Of a DNA stretch of 64,000 nt, positions 21,080-29,954 are shown piece after piece. The position numbers and the translations under genes were made by a program. The notes beneath the pieces are model-generated. The model saw only the letters and a list, made by a program, of their open reading frames with translations. It was not told the origin of the DNA and did not search any database. The first letter of the stretch is position 1, and every line of letters starts with the position of its first letter. This DNA is from Nitrospirota bacterium (GTDB taxonomy: Bacteria; Nitrospirota; Thermodesulfovibrionia; Thermodesulfovibrionales; UBA1546): NCBI GenBank assembly GCA_016212165.1, contig JACRGY010000106.1, forward strand, positions 851 through 64,850, in the 5' to 3' direction.

Positions 21080-21095
21080 TGTACTCATCCTTACA
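21080..21095 (+). promoter_or_regulatory. NifA-type UAS (TGT-N10-ACA) upstream of nifB
   Basis: TGTactcatccttACA. Overlaps the palindrome CTACAAAAATGTAC (21071-21084). Confidence 0.55.
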
Positions 21096-21157
21096 TTAAT
21101 GAAGATATTCTCTTCCCTCTGACGCTTCAATCCATTGATTTTCAAGACAATAATATC

Positions 21158-21173
21158 TGGCACTGGTATTGCA
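21158..21173 (+). promoter_or_regulatory. sigma54 (-24/-12) promoter of nifB
   Basis: TGGCACTGGTATTGCA, a perfect consensus match. Confidence 0.85.
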
Positions 21174-21205
21174 TTGTAATAAAATAAAAGTGAGGTGATG
21201 AGGCA

Positions 21206-22090
21206 ATGTCAGTCATAGGCAAAAATAAAAATATAATCGAAAGCCACCCCTGTTTTTCAAAGGAGGCGCATCACAAGTTTGGAAGGATACATCTTCCCGT
21301 AGCCCCTGCATGCAATATCCAGTGCAGATACTGCATAAGGAAATATGATTGCGCAAATGAATCAAGGCCGGGAATTACAAGCAAGGTTATGTCTCCTTCG
21401 GATGCCCTGGACAGAGTCAGGGTCCTCCTTGAGAGGAACGACAATATCAGCGTCATAGGCATAGCAGGCCCCGGCGACCCGCTTGCAAACGAATCTACGT
21501 TTGAGGTCATGGCCGCCATACATAAAGAGTTTCCTGAGCTTACGCTGTGCGTATCTACAAATGGACTCTGTCTGCCCGAAAGACTGGAGGATCTGATGAG
21601 ATCGGGAGTCAGAAGCCTGACCATTACTATTAATGCCGTGACAGAAGAAATGGCGGAGAAAATTTATTCATGGGCTTTATATAAGGGCAGGCGTTATTCG
21701 GGGAGGGAGGCTGCAAAATATATTGTTTCCAATCAGTGGAGAGGCTTAAGGAATGCAATAGACGCCGGATTTGTAGTGAAAATCAATACCGTGTTCATCC
21801 CTGGCGTAAATAATGCGGAGATACCATTAATCGCATGGCGTGCAGGGGAGATAGGCGCCGACATCATGAACCTGATGCCCCTTATACCGCAGGCTGAATT
21901 TGAGAATTTCGACAGGCCTTCAAAACAGGCGATTGATAAAAAGCGGGATGAGTGCTCCGGATATATTCCCCAGATGACCCATTGCAGGCAATGCAGGGCA
22001 GATGCCTGTGGAGTCCTCGGCGAGGATAAGGATATGGAGCTTGAAATGCTGAATTCTCAAATAGGAGAGGAATACTGTGAGATGTTGTAA
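21206..22090 (+). CDS. nifB: radical-SAM NifB, minimal form without the NifX-like domain
   Basis: 294 aa. HPCF...HLPVAPACNIQCRYC radical-SAM motif and the C-terminal CRQCRADACG cluster. Confidence 0.9.
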   Translation: MSVIGKNKNIIESHPCFSKEAHHKFGRIHLPVAPACNIQCRYCIRKYDCANESRPGITSKVMSPSDALDRVRVLLERNDNISVIGIAGPGDPLANESTFEVMAAIHKEFPELTLCVSTNGLCLPERLEDLMRSGVRSLTITINAVTEEMAEKIYSWALYKGRRYSGREAAKYIVSNQWRGLRNAIDAGFVVKINTVFIPGVNNAEIPLIAWRAGEIGADIMNLMPLIPQAEFENFDRPSKQAIDKKRDECSGYIPQMTHCRQCRADACGVLGEDKDMELEMLNSQIGEEYCEML

Positions 22091-22120
22091 GGAGATAAGA
22101 GAGGAAGGAGGTATCAGGAG

Positions 22121-22288
22121 ATGATTTTAGGTGTGTTAATATTCAGTCTGTTTTCCATATATGCCTCGTTTACGATATTAAGAAAGTACGAGGTATTGGA
22201 AAAAACAGAACTGGTCAGCTATGTAGTGATGATTGCCTGGGGCTCATTGGCCTTTGGAATCTATATATCCCGGTATGCGGTGAACTGA
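22121..22288 (+). CDS. 55-aa two-TM micro-protein (unannotated)
   Basis: ATG follows GGAGGTATCAGGAG. Product MILGVLIFSLFSIYASFTILRKYEVLEKTELVSYVVMIAWGSLAFGIYISRYAVN. Fills the nifB-hesA gap exactly. Confidence 0.5.
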   Translation: MILGVLIFSLFSIYASFTILRKYEVLEKTELVSYVVMIAWGSLAFGIYISRYAVN

Positions 22289-22291
22289 TTA

Positions 22292-23050
22292 ATGCAGGGA
22301 ATTGGTACGAAGATGGAAAAGGATTTAAAAGGCTATGAACGCTACCGCAGGCAATTGATGCACGAAGGCTTTGTCCCTGAGCATCAGCAAAGGCTCAGGA
22401 ATTCCACTGCGCTGATAGCAGGCATCGGCGGCGTTGGGGGGACTGCCGCATTATATCTTGCAACTGCAGGGATAGGAAAGATGATATTTGCACATTACGG
22501 GAAATTGACACTCTCAAACATGAACAGGCAGATATTGATGACTCATGACTGGATAGGAAAGAGCAGGGTTGTAAGAGCAAAAAAGGCCATAGAGGAAATA
22601 AATCCCGAAGTTGCTGTTGAGATATTCGATGAAAGGTTGTCGGAAGATAATATTGAAAGTCTTCTTGACGGTGTTCAGATAGCCCTTTCGGCGCGGCCTA
22701 ATTTTCAGGAGCGACGGATTTTAAATAATGCCTGTGTTAAAAAAAATATTCCTATGATTGAGGCGGCTATGAACGGCATGGAAGGTTATCTCTTTAATAT
22801 TATTCCAAAAGTAACGCCGTGCCTCAACTGCTTATATCCCGATGATAACCCTGAGTGGGAGGAATTGGGTTTCCCTGTTTTAGGCGCTGTGTCAGGAAGC
22901 CTCGGCTGTCTCATGAGCATAGAGGCGATAAAACTTCTGTCAGGCTATGGCAAACCCCTGCTTTCACAGATGCTTGTTATTAATACCATGGGCATGGAGT
23001 TTAAAAAGTTTAGTATTTACAGGGATGCAAATTGCGCTGTATGTTCCTGA
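22292..23050 (+). CDS. hesA: ThiF/MoeB/HesA-family E1-like adenylyltransferase
   Basis: YRRQL, GIGGVGG nucleotide loop, and two CxxC pairs (CLNC, CAVC). The nif-linked position supports a HesA-like role. The start could instead be 22313. Confidence 0.75.
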   Translation: MQGIGTKMEKDLKGYERYRRQLMHEGFVPEHQQRLRNSTALIAGIGGVGGTAALYLATAGIGKMIFAHYGKLTLSNMNRQILMTHDWIGKSRVVRAKKAIEEINPEVAVEIFDERLSEDNIESLLDGVQIALSARPNFQERRILNNACVKKNIPMIEAAMNGMEGYLFNIIPKVTPCLNCLYPDDNPEWEELGFPVLGAVSGSLGCLMSIEAIKLLSGYGKPLLSQMLVINTMGMEFKKFSIYRDANCAVCS

Positions 23051-23149
23051 ACTGAACTTTTAACTGAATACCCCACAAATTTGTAGGTGCATACAAAATT
23101 GTAGCTTCAATTCTTCAGGGATATCTTTATAAATCAGCGCCTTATATTC

Positions 23150-23165
23150 TGGCATGTATTTAGCT
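23150..23165 (+). promoter_or_regulatory. sigma54 (-24/-12) promoter of amtB-glnK
   Basis: TGGCATGTATTTAGCT with correct GG/GC spacing. Palindromes lie at 23073-23087 and 23091-23105. Confidence 0.7.
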
Positions 23166-23213
23166 ATTATGTGATTAACAATTAAAACTTACGGGTAAAA
23201 ATGGAGGTGCAAG

Positions 23214-24566
23214 ATGAAAAAGTTAGTGAGTATAATGGTTTTGCTGTGTTTTATGGCTGCGGCAGGCGCTTTGTTTGCTGAGGAGGCCCAAATAGAGGTT
23301 CCAAAAGCAGAGGCTCCTGCGGTTACTGCGCCTGCGCCGTTAAAAGTGGATACAGGAGATACAGCATGGGTTCTGATTTCTGCTGCCCTGGTTATGCTTA
23401 TGACGCCTGGCTTGGCGCTTTTTTATGGCGGAATGGTAAGAAGAAAAAATGTTCTCGGCACAATCATGCAGAGCTTCATAGCCCTTGGCGTGATGACAAT
23501 ACTCTGGGTGCTTTACGGGTACAGCCTTTCATTCGGGCCTGACAAGTGGCATATGATAGGAGGGCTCGAATGGATCGGCCTTAAGGGAGTAGGGCTTGAG
23601 CCGAATCCTGATTACGCGGCAACAATACCGCATCAGGCATTCATGATATTCCAGATGATGTTTGCCGTGATTACTCCTGCGCTTATCACAGGCGCATTTG
23701 CCGAGAGGTTCAAGTTTAAGACTTATCTGGTATTTCTTGTTCTCTGGGCAACCCTGGTTTATTTCCCTCTGGCACACTGGGTATGGGGTGTCGGAGGATG
23801 GATACGCAATCTTGGAGCTCTTGATTTTGCAGGAGGCCTGGTTGTGCATATAAGCTCGGGTGTATCTGCATTGGCTGCTGCAATTGTTGTAGGCAAAAGA
23901 AAAAGCCACGGGCTTGAGAACATGGCTCCGCATAATCTATCAATGACACTTTTAGGCGCTGCCTTGCTCTGGTTTGGATGGTTCGGGTTTAACGGCGGAA
24001 GCGCTGTTGCATCAGGCGCGCTTGCAACTTCTGCTTTTGTTGTAACTCATATTGCTACAGCAGCTGCGGCATTGTCGTGGATGATAGTGGAATGGATTTA
24101 CAGGGGAAAGGCTACGGTGCTTGGTGCAGCTTCAGGTGCTGTTGCAGGCCTTGTTGCAATAACTCCTGCGTCAGGTTTTGTAGGCCCGATGCCGGCATTA
24201 ATCATAGGGCTTGTGGCAGGAACGTTGTGTTATATGGCAGTTAATTTAAAGACAAAATTGGGGTACGATGATTCACTTGATGCAGTGGGTGTCCACGGAG
24301 TAGGGGGCACCTGGGGCGCAATTGCAACCGGCTTATTTGCATCAAAGGCAATTAACAGCGCTGGGAATAATGGCCTGTTTTTTGGGAATGCATCTCTGCT
24401 ATGGAGCCAGTTAATAAGCATTGGCGCTGCATGGGTTTATTCATTTGTGATCACTCTCGTGTTGCTTAAAGTCCTTGACTGGACCATGGGGTTGAGGGTG
24501 AGCGATGAAGAAGAATATGAAGGGCTGGATTTGAGTCAGCATGGTGAGAGCGGGTATACATTATAG
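23214..24566 (+). CDS. amtB: ammonium transporter
   Basis: 450 aa. DFAGGLVVHISSG and WFGFNGGS. Confidence 0.93.
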   Translation: MKKLVSIMVLLCFMAAAGALFAEEAQIEVPKAEAPAVTAPAPLKVDTGDTAWVLISAALVMLMTPGLALFYGGMVRRKNVLGTIMQSFIALGVMTILWVLYGYSLSFGPDKWHMIGGLEWIGLKGVGLEPNPDYAATIPHQAFMIFQMMFAVITPALITGAFAERFKFKTYLVFLVLWATLVYFPLAHWVWGVGGWIRNLGALDFAGGLVVHISSGVSALAAAIVVGKRKSHGLENMAPHNLSMTLLGAALLWFGWFGFNGGSAVASGALATSAFVVTHIATAAAALSWMIVEWIYRGKATVLGAASGAVAGLVAITPASGFVGPMPALIIGLVAGTLCYMAVNLKTKLGYDDSLDAVGVHGVGGTWGAIATGLFASKAINSAGNNGLFFGNASLLWSQLISIGAAWVYSFVITLVLLKVLDWTMGLRVSDEEEYEGLDLSQHGESGYTL

Positions 24567-24573
24567 AGAAAAT

Positions 24574-24995
<422 letters not shown>

Positions 24996-25215
24996 GTTGG
25001 GTATTAACCGGGATTGGCTCAGGATGCCGGTCCCGGTTAACCCCATAGAAACAAATCTGTATTTCCTACAAAAATGTAGGAGATGTATTAACTCGTTGTT
25101 TTTCAAGAAATAAAAGAATGAAAGTGGAAACAATTGCTACAAAATTGTAGGAATTGTCCTGCATTTCAATGCAAAAAATCCTTAATAAACAATAAGCTGC
25201 CTTCAGGCATGACTC

Positions 25216-25231
25216 TGGCATTCCTTCTGCG
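25216..25231 (+). promoter_or_regulatory. sigma54 (-24/-12) promoter of the third amtB
   Basis: TGGCATTCCTTCTGCG with correct GG/GC spacing. The perfect 16-bp palindrome CCTACAAAAATGTAGG lies at 25065-25080, and CTACAAAATTGTAG at 25137-25150. Confidence 0.65.
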
Positions 25232-25269
25232 GACACAAATAACCCGCGAACCCTAAAAGGAGCTTTAAA

Positions 25270-26577
25270 ATGAGCAAAAGATTGATTTCCCTGATAATCT
25301 CAGCTGGTGCCCTGTCTTTATTGCCTGTCTGCGCATATGCCCAGGAAACTGGCAAGGTTGACAGCGGCGATACCGCCTTTGTGCTTTTGTCTGCCGCCTT
25401 TGTAATGCTGATGACTCCAGGTCTCGCAATGTTTTATGGGGGCATGGTCAGGAAGAAAAACGTCCTTGGCACAATCATGCACAGCTTTGTTGCCATAGCT
25501 GTCGTGAGCATTCAGTGGATACTGATAGGCTATAGTCTTTCCTTCGGCCCGGATATAAACGGAATCATAGGAGGGCTTGATTGGATTGGGCTTAAAGGGG
25601 TAGGGCTTGTCCCAAATCCTGATTATGCTCCGACTGTCCCACATTTGGCATTTATGATATACCAGGCAATGTTTGCTGTTATAACTCCTGCGCTTATAAG
25701 CGGGGCTTTTGCTGAAAGGATGAAATTCTCTTCGTTTCTTTTATTTATACTTTTATGGACAACCCTTGTATATGACCCTGTAGCTCACTGGGTATGGGGA
25801 ACCGGGGGCTGGATGAAAAATTCGGGAGTGCTTGATTTCGCAGGCGGTATAGTTGTCCATATAACATCAGGGATATCTGCGCTTGCCGCTGCCTTATTCA
25901 TAGGCAGGAGAAAGGGCTTTATGCGGGAGCCAATGCCTCCGCATAATCTTCCGCTGACTGTTTTAGGGGCAGGGCTTTTGTGGTTTGGATGGTTCGGATT
26001 TAATGCAGGAAGCGCGCTTTCTGCGGGAGGTTTAAGCACAATGGCATTTGTTACCACGCATACCGCCGCTGTTTCGGCAACGCTTGTGTGGGTTGTAATC
26101 GAATGGCTTCACAGGGGCAAACCAACCATGTTTGGCGCTGCAACAGGTTCGATTGCCGGACTTGCGACTATTACACCTGCTTCAGGATTTGTAGGGCCTA
26201 TGCCTGCGCTTATTATTGGTTTATTAGCAGGCAGTGTGTGTTATTTTGCTTTAAATATGAAAGGTAAGCTTAGGTATGATGATTCCCTCGACGCCTTTGG
26301 CGTACACGGTGTCGGCGGGATTTTAGGAACAATAGGCGCAGGGTTATTTGCAGAAAAGCTCATAAACCCATCAGGCGCCGACGGATTCTTTTTCGGGAAT
26401 CCTCATCAACTTTTTATTCAGTTGATGTCTATCGCCGTTGTTGTAATTTATTCCTTCGCAGTTACATTCATCCTGCTGAAATTAATAGATTGGAGCATGG
26501 GGCTCAGAGTTTCTGAAGAGGATGAGATGATGGGGCTTGACCTTAGCCAGCACGAAGAAAGCGGGTATACACTTTAA
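25270..26577 (+). CDS. amtB: ammonium transporter
   Basis: 435 aa. DFAGGIVVHITSG and WFGFNAGS. Close paralogue of the 23214 copy. Confidence 0.93.
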   Translation: MSKRLISLIISAGALSLLPVCAYAQETGKVDSGDTAFVLLSAAFVMLMTPGLAMFYGGMVRKKNVLGTIMHSFVAIAVVSIQWILIGYSLSFGPDINGIIGGLDWIGLKGVGLVPNPDYAPTVPHLAFMIYQAMFAVITPALISGAFAERMKFSSFLLFILLWTTLVYDPVAHWVWGTGGWMKNSGVLDFAGGIVVHITSGISALAAALFIGRRKGFMREPMPPHNLPLTVLGAGLLWFGWFGFNAGSALSAGGLSTMAFVTTHTAAVSATLVWVVIEWLHRGKPTMFGAATGSIAGLATITPASGFVGPMPALIIGLLAGSVCYFALNMKGKLRYDDSLDAFGVHGVGGILGTIGAGLFAEKLINPSGADGFFFGNPHQLFIQLMSIAVVVIYSFAVTFILLKLIDWSMGLRVSEEDEMMGLDLSQHEESGYTL

Positions 26578-26612
26578 CGCGTTAATGCGTTGAGCGCTAA
26601 GCGTTATTGCGA
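26576..26612. repeat. heptamer-periodic repeat (GCGTTRA family)
   Basis: AACGCGTTAATGCGTTGAGCGCTAAGCGTTATTGCG. Confidence 0.6.
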
Positions 26613-26640
26613 AGACATTAAATACAACGCTATAACTATA

Positions 26641-27981
26641 TTATTCAGATTTACTGCCGGGCTCTTTTTTGCTTTTTGAAAGGGCCTTAAGGTCTGTGAA
26701 TATATCATCTATACCCTGGTATCTGTCTTCCCGTACTTTCTTTATGCACTTTATGACGATTTCATCGAGCCAGTCAGGCACATCCTCAACAATATCAATA
26801 ACCCGAGTTGAGCCGAGATCCTCCAGCTTGCCTGTCAGCATTTCATAGAGAATAACGCCTGACGAGTAAATGTCGGCCCTCACATCAGGAGAAAGCCCCC
26901 TGGTGGATTCAGGAGAGATGTATGCCGAAGACAATGCCCTTTTCAAAAAAGAAACATTGTTCCTGGCATCAATAACTATATTGTCAGGACTTAACAGGCC
27001 AAATGGCTGGCCGCTGTTATAGGATTCCTGAAGACTTTTAAGTATCTGAACCCAGAGCTTAAGGCTGTACCTTGGTTCTATCCTTCCGTTTTTTATAAAA
27101 CTTCTAAGGGTGCTTTTTCCTTCAAGGCTTATATCTATATCTTCCTCCTTGTGGGGTGGGGCAAGCATGTGTATTTTTTCCCTGACATCCTTGAATGCAG
27201 GGTCAGCCTTATCAATCTCTCTGAATATATCAAGGGCTTTCTGTGCTTCGCCAATCTTTTCAAGATTAAAGGCATACAGGTAGAAGTCCTCTATGTTTGA
27301 CGAATCGGGTTTTTGCCCGCGAAGGGAAAACCCGAACATCTCAACAGCCTCTTTCGCCAGGCCTTCTTTCTCAAGCAGGACAGATGCCCTCTTGTACTCC
27401 CCTGCCTCCCTGTAAGCCTTGGCAGCAGCGAGCCTTCTACCGGCCCGTTCCATAATTATTGCAGCTTCAATCTTTTTTCCTGCTTTGTCGTAGAGCTTTG
27501 CAGCTTCCTCATATTCACCCTCCTGCATGGAAACTTCTGCAGAGGCCTCAATGTTCCCTTCTTTTTCATGCAGTTCTTTTGCTTTTTGAGTCATGCCCAG
27601 AAACTCATAGAGCCTGGCAGCCTGTTTGTAGTCCTTGCCTTTTTCATAAAGCACAGCAGCCTTTTTATAATCCTTGAGCTTGTTTTCATATACACTTGCA
27701 GCTGATACGAACTTGCCTTCTTTTTCATAGGCAGCAGCCTCATTCTTATAATCATCGGTTAAGGTAGTCTTCAGTTTTTCCCCTATGGTGTTTTTATATA
27801 TAAACCTGACAAGGAAGAATAGGGCGGCAAGCACAGGAATGAGGATAATAAGGAATATAATTAAAAGCCCGGTGTTTGCCTGTTTCGCCGGGGATGCGGA
27901 ATTCAGGGCTGTTTCCCCGATAAAAGGTGTGTTGAAACGTGATAAGAGATCAAGCAGTATCAATATCCATTCTCTCTGCAT
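26641..27981 (-). CDS. membrane-anchored protein: ~19-aa helical repeats plus a degenerate Ser/Thr-kinase C-lobe
   Basis: 446 aa. One TM (LLIIFLIILIPVLAALFFLV). Repeats of the Y.K.G.Y..AA.LYE type. The C-terminus has ISPE and DIYSSGVILYEMLTG (kinase subdomains VIII-IX), but there is no G-loop or VAIK, HRD is replaced by FGL, and DFG is absent. Confidence 0.8.
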   Translation of the reverse strand: MQREWILILLDLLSRFNTPFIGETALNSASPAKQANTGLLIIFLIILIPVLAALFFLVRFIYKNTIGEKLKTTLTDDYKNEAAAYEKEGKFVSAASVYENKLKDYKKAAVLYEKGKDYKQAARLYEFLGMTQKAKELHEKEGNIEASAEVSMQEGEYEEAAKLYDKAGKKIEAAIIMERAGRRLAAAKAYREAGEYKRASVLLEKEGLAKEAVEMFGFSLRGQKPDSSNIEDFYLYAFNLEKIGEAQKALDIFREIDKADPAFKDVREKIHMLAPPHKEEDIDISLEGKSTLRSFIKNGRIEPRYSLKLWVQILKSLQESYNSGQPFGLLSPDNIVIDARNNVSFLKRALSSAYISPESTRGLSPDVRADIYSSGVILYEMLTGKLEDLGSTRVIDIVEDVPDWLDEIVIKCIKKVREDRYQGIDDIFTDLKALSKSKKEPGSKSE

Positions 27982-28059
27982 CGCTTTATTCTACAACAAA
28001 CCCGGGCTTTTCTTTTTTATTCTTCTAAGAAATTTCATAGATATGATAAAGTATACCAA

Positions 28060-29658
28060 ATGAAAAATACATCTGTGTTTTGCTTGTTGATTTTTGCACT
28101 GTCAGTATCTCTGCTCTCCTGTACCCGGGAGCCGGAGGTAAAAAAACCCAACGCAGTAACAATCGGCTCACTTGCAGATGCAAAGAGACTCCTTCCTTTG
28201 CTTGCCTCTGACAGCGCATCAGGAGATATAAGCGGCTGGATATTCAACGGACTCACCAAATATGACAAAGATATAAAGATTAAGGGCGACCTTGCAGAGT
28301 CATGGGACATATCTCCGGACGGGCTTAAGATAGTTTTTCATCTGAGAAAAGGTGTCCTGTGGCATGACGGTGTTGAGTTCACTGCTGACGATGTTATATT
28401 CACTTACGAGACAATTATTAACCCCAAGGTGCCAACGCCTTACAGCAGCATCTATGGGCCTGTGGATAAGGTTGATGCAGTAGATAAATATACGGTTAAA
28501 GTTATCTATAAAGAGCCCTTTGCGCCGGCACTTGAGTCATGGGGCATGGGAATTATATCTAAACATATACTTGATGGAAAGGATATAAGTGCTGAATATT
28601 ACAATAGAAATCCAATAGGAACCGGACCCTACAAATTAAAAGAATGGGTGACAGGACAGAAGATAGTGCTTGAGGCCTTTGATAATTATTTTGAGGGCAG
28701 GCCAAAGATAGACAGGTACATAACAAGGGTTATACCTGACAATGCCACAATGTTTCTTGAGCTTAAATTCGGGGGTATAGATGTTATGGGGCTCACCCCG
28801 CCGCAGTACAAGCTTCAGGCGAATAAAGGGCTTTTTAATAAGTACTTTCAGAAGTTTAAATATCCTTCTTTTGGATACACATATCTGGGCTATAACCTTC
28901 TTGACCCCAAATTTCAGGACAAAAGGATAAGACAGGCGCTGACACATGCTATAAACAAAAAAGATATCATCGCTGGCGTGCTTCTTGGTTACGGCACGCC
29001 GTGCACCGGGCCATTTCCTCCAGAGTCCTGGGCGTATAACTCTGCAGCAAAAGACCTTGAGTACAATCCTGAAAAATCCAAGAAGCTTTTTGAGGAGGCG
29101 GGCTGGCGAGCGGGGCAAAGCGGGTTATTGGAAAAAAACGGAAAACCTTTTGCATTTACTGTATTGGTAAATCAGGGGAATGATGCAAGGCTTAAGACTG
29201 CTCAGATTATCAAAGAAAACCTTAAGGCAGTTGGGGTTGAGGTAAACATTAAAGTACTTGAGTGGCAGGCATTGCTTCATGAATTCATAGACAAAAAGCG
29301 TTTTGAGGCGATTATCATGGGATGGGCATTATCGCGTGACCCTGATATATATGATATCTGGCATTCATCCAAGACAAAAGAGGGTGAGTTTAATTTTATC
29401 TCCTACAAAAGCGATGAGGTAGACAGGCTGCTGCTTGATGGCAGGCGGACATTTGACCTAGAGAAGAGGAAAAAGATTTATCACAGGATACATGAAATCC
29501 TTTCTGAAGACCAGCCTTATACATTCCTGTATGTTCCTGATGCATTGCCCGTGCTTCACAAGAGGTTTAAGGGAGTAGAAAAAGCGCCCATCGGCATCTG
29601 GCATGATTTTATCCACTGGTATGTGCCGAAGAACAGGGTAGATTGGTACGGGGCTTAG
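28060..29658 (+). CDS. ABC transporter substrate-binding lipoprotein, family 5 (peptide/nickel type)
   Basis: 532 aa. Lipobox LLSC. DppA/OppA-like pattern throughout. No cognate permease nearby. Confidence 0.85.
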   Translation: MKNTSVFCLLIFALSVSLLSCTREPEVKKPNAVTIGSLADAKRLLPLLASDSASGDISGWIFNGLTKYDKDIKIKGDLAESWDISPDGLKIVFHLRKGVLWHDGVEFTADDVIFTYETIINPKVPTPYSSIYGPVDKVDAVDKYTVKVIYKEPFAPALESWGMGIISKHILDGKDISAEYYNRNPIGTGPYKLKEWVTGQKIVLEAFDNYFEGRPKIDRYITRVIPDNATMFLELKFGGIDVMGLTPPQYKLQANKGLFNKYFQKFKYPSFGYTYLGYNLLDPKFQDKRIRQALTHAINKKDIIAGVLLGYGTPCTGPFPPESWAYNSAAKDLEYNPEKSKKLFEEAGWRAGQSGLLEKNGKPFAFTVLVNQGNDARLKTAQIIKENLKAVGVEVNIKVLEWQALLHEFIDKKRFEAIIMGWALSRDPDIYDIWHSSKTKEGEFNFISYKSDEVDRLLLDGRRTFDLEKRKKIYHRIHEILSEDQPYTFLYVPDALPVLHKRFKGVEKAPIGIWHDFIHWYVPKNRVDWYGA

Positions 29659-29667
29659 GCACGAAAC

Positions 29668-29862
29668 TTATCCCTTATGCGATCTTATAAAATTAGCTAT
29701 TGAGCGGTCATAGGTGCGTTCCTCTTCTTTGGTGAAGAAACACGCAGGCAGTTCTCCGTTTCTTCTGTGATAATGCAGGCATTCGCAGCACCTGTTTTTC
29801 CTCTCGCATGATGCATAAGTGCAGTTGCAGTATTTCCTGTTTTTTTCCTGAATGCATTCCAT
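29668..29862 (-). CDS. small Cys-rich protein (DUF6485-like, from memory)
   Basis: 64 aa. CNCTY..C.RK..CCECL.YH...GELPACFF pattern. Confidence 0.6.
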   Translation of the reverse strand: MECIQEKNRKYCNCTYASCERKNRCCECLHYHRRNGELPACFFTKEEERTYDRSIANFIRSHKG

Positions 29863-29954
29863 AAAATCCTCCCTGTATTCTTTTTAGGCATTATTTATTA
29901 TATCCCAAACGTATTACCTCTTTTAATACATATATGTGATGCTATAATATTTTT

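Noticed and set aside
26641-27981. An active Hanks-type Ser/Thr kinase.
   Set aside because: The G-loop, VAIK Lys, HRD Asp and DFG are all missing. Only C-lobe subdomains remain.
29863-29954. A cobalamin riboswitch or NrdR boxes upstream of nrdJ.
   Set aside because: The leader is only ~92 nt, too short for a B12 riboswitch. Only one partial ACATATATGT palindrome is present, rather than two spaced NrdR boxes.
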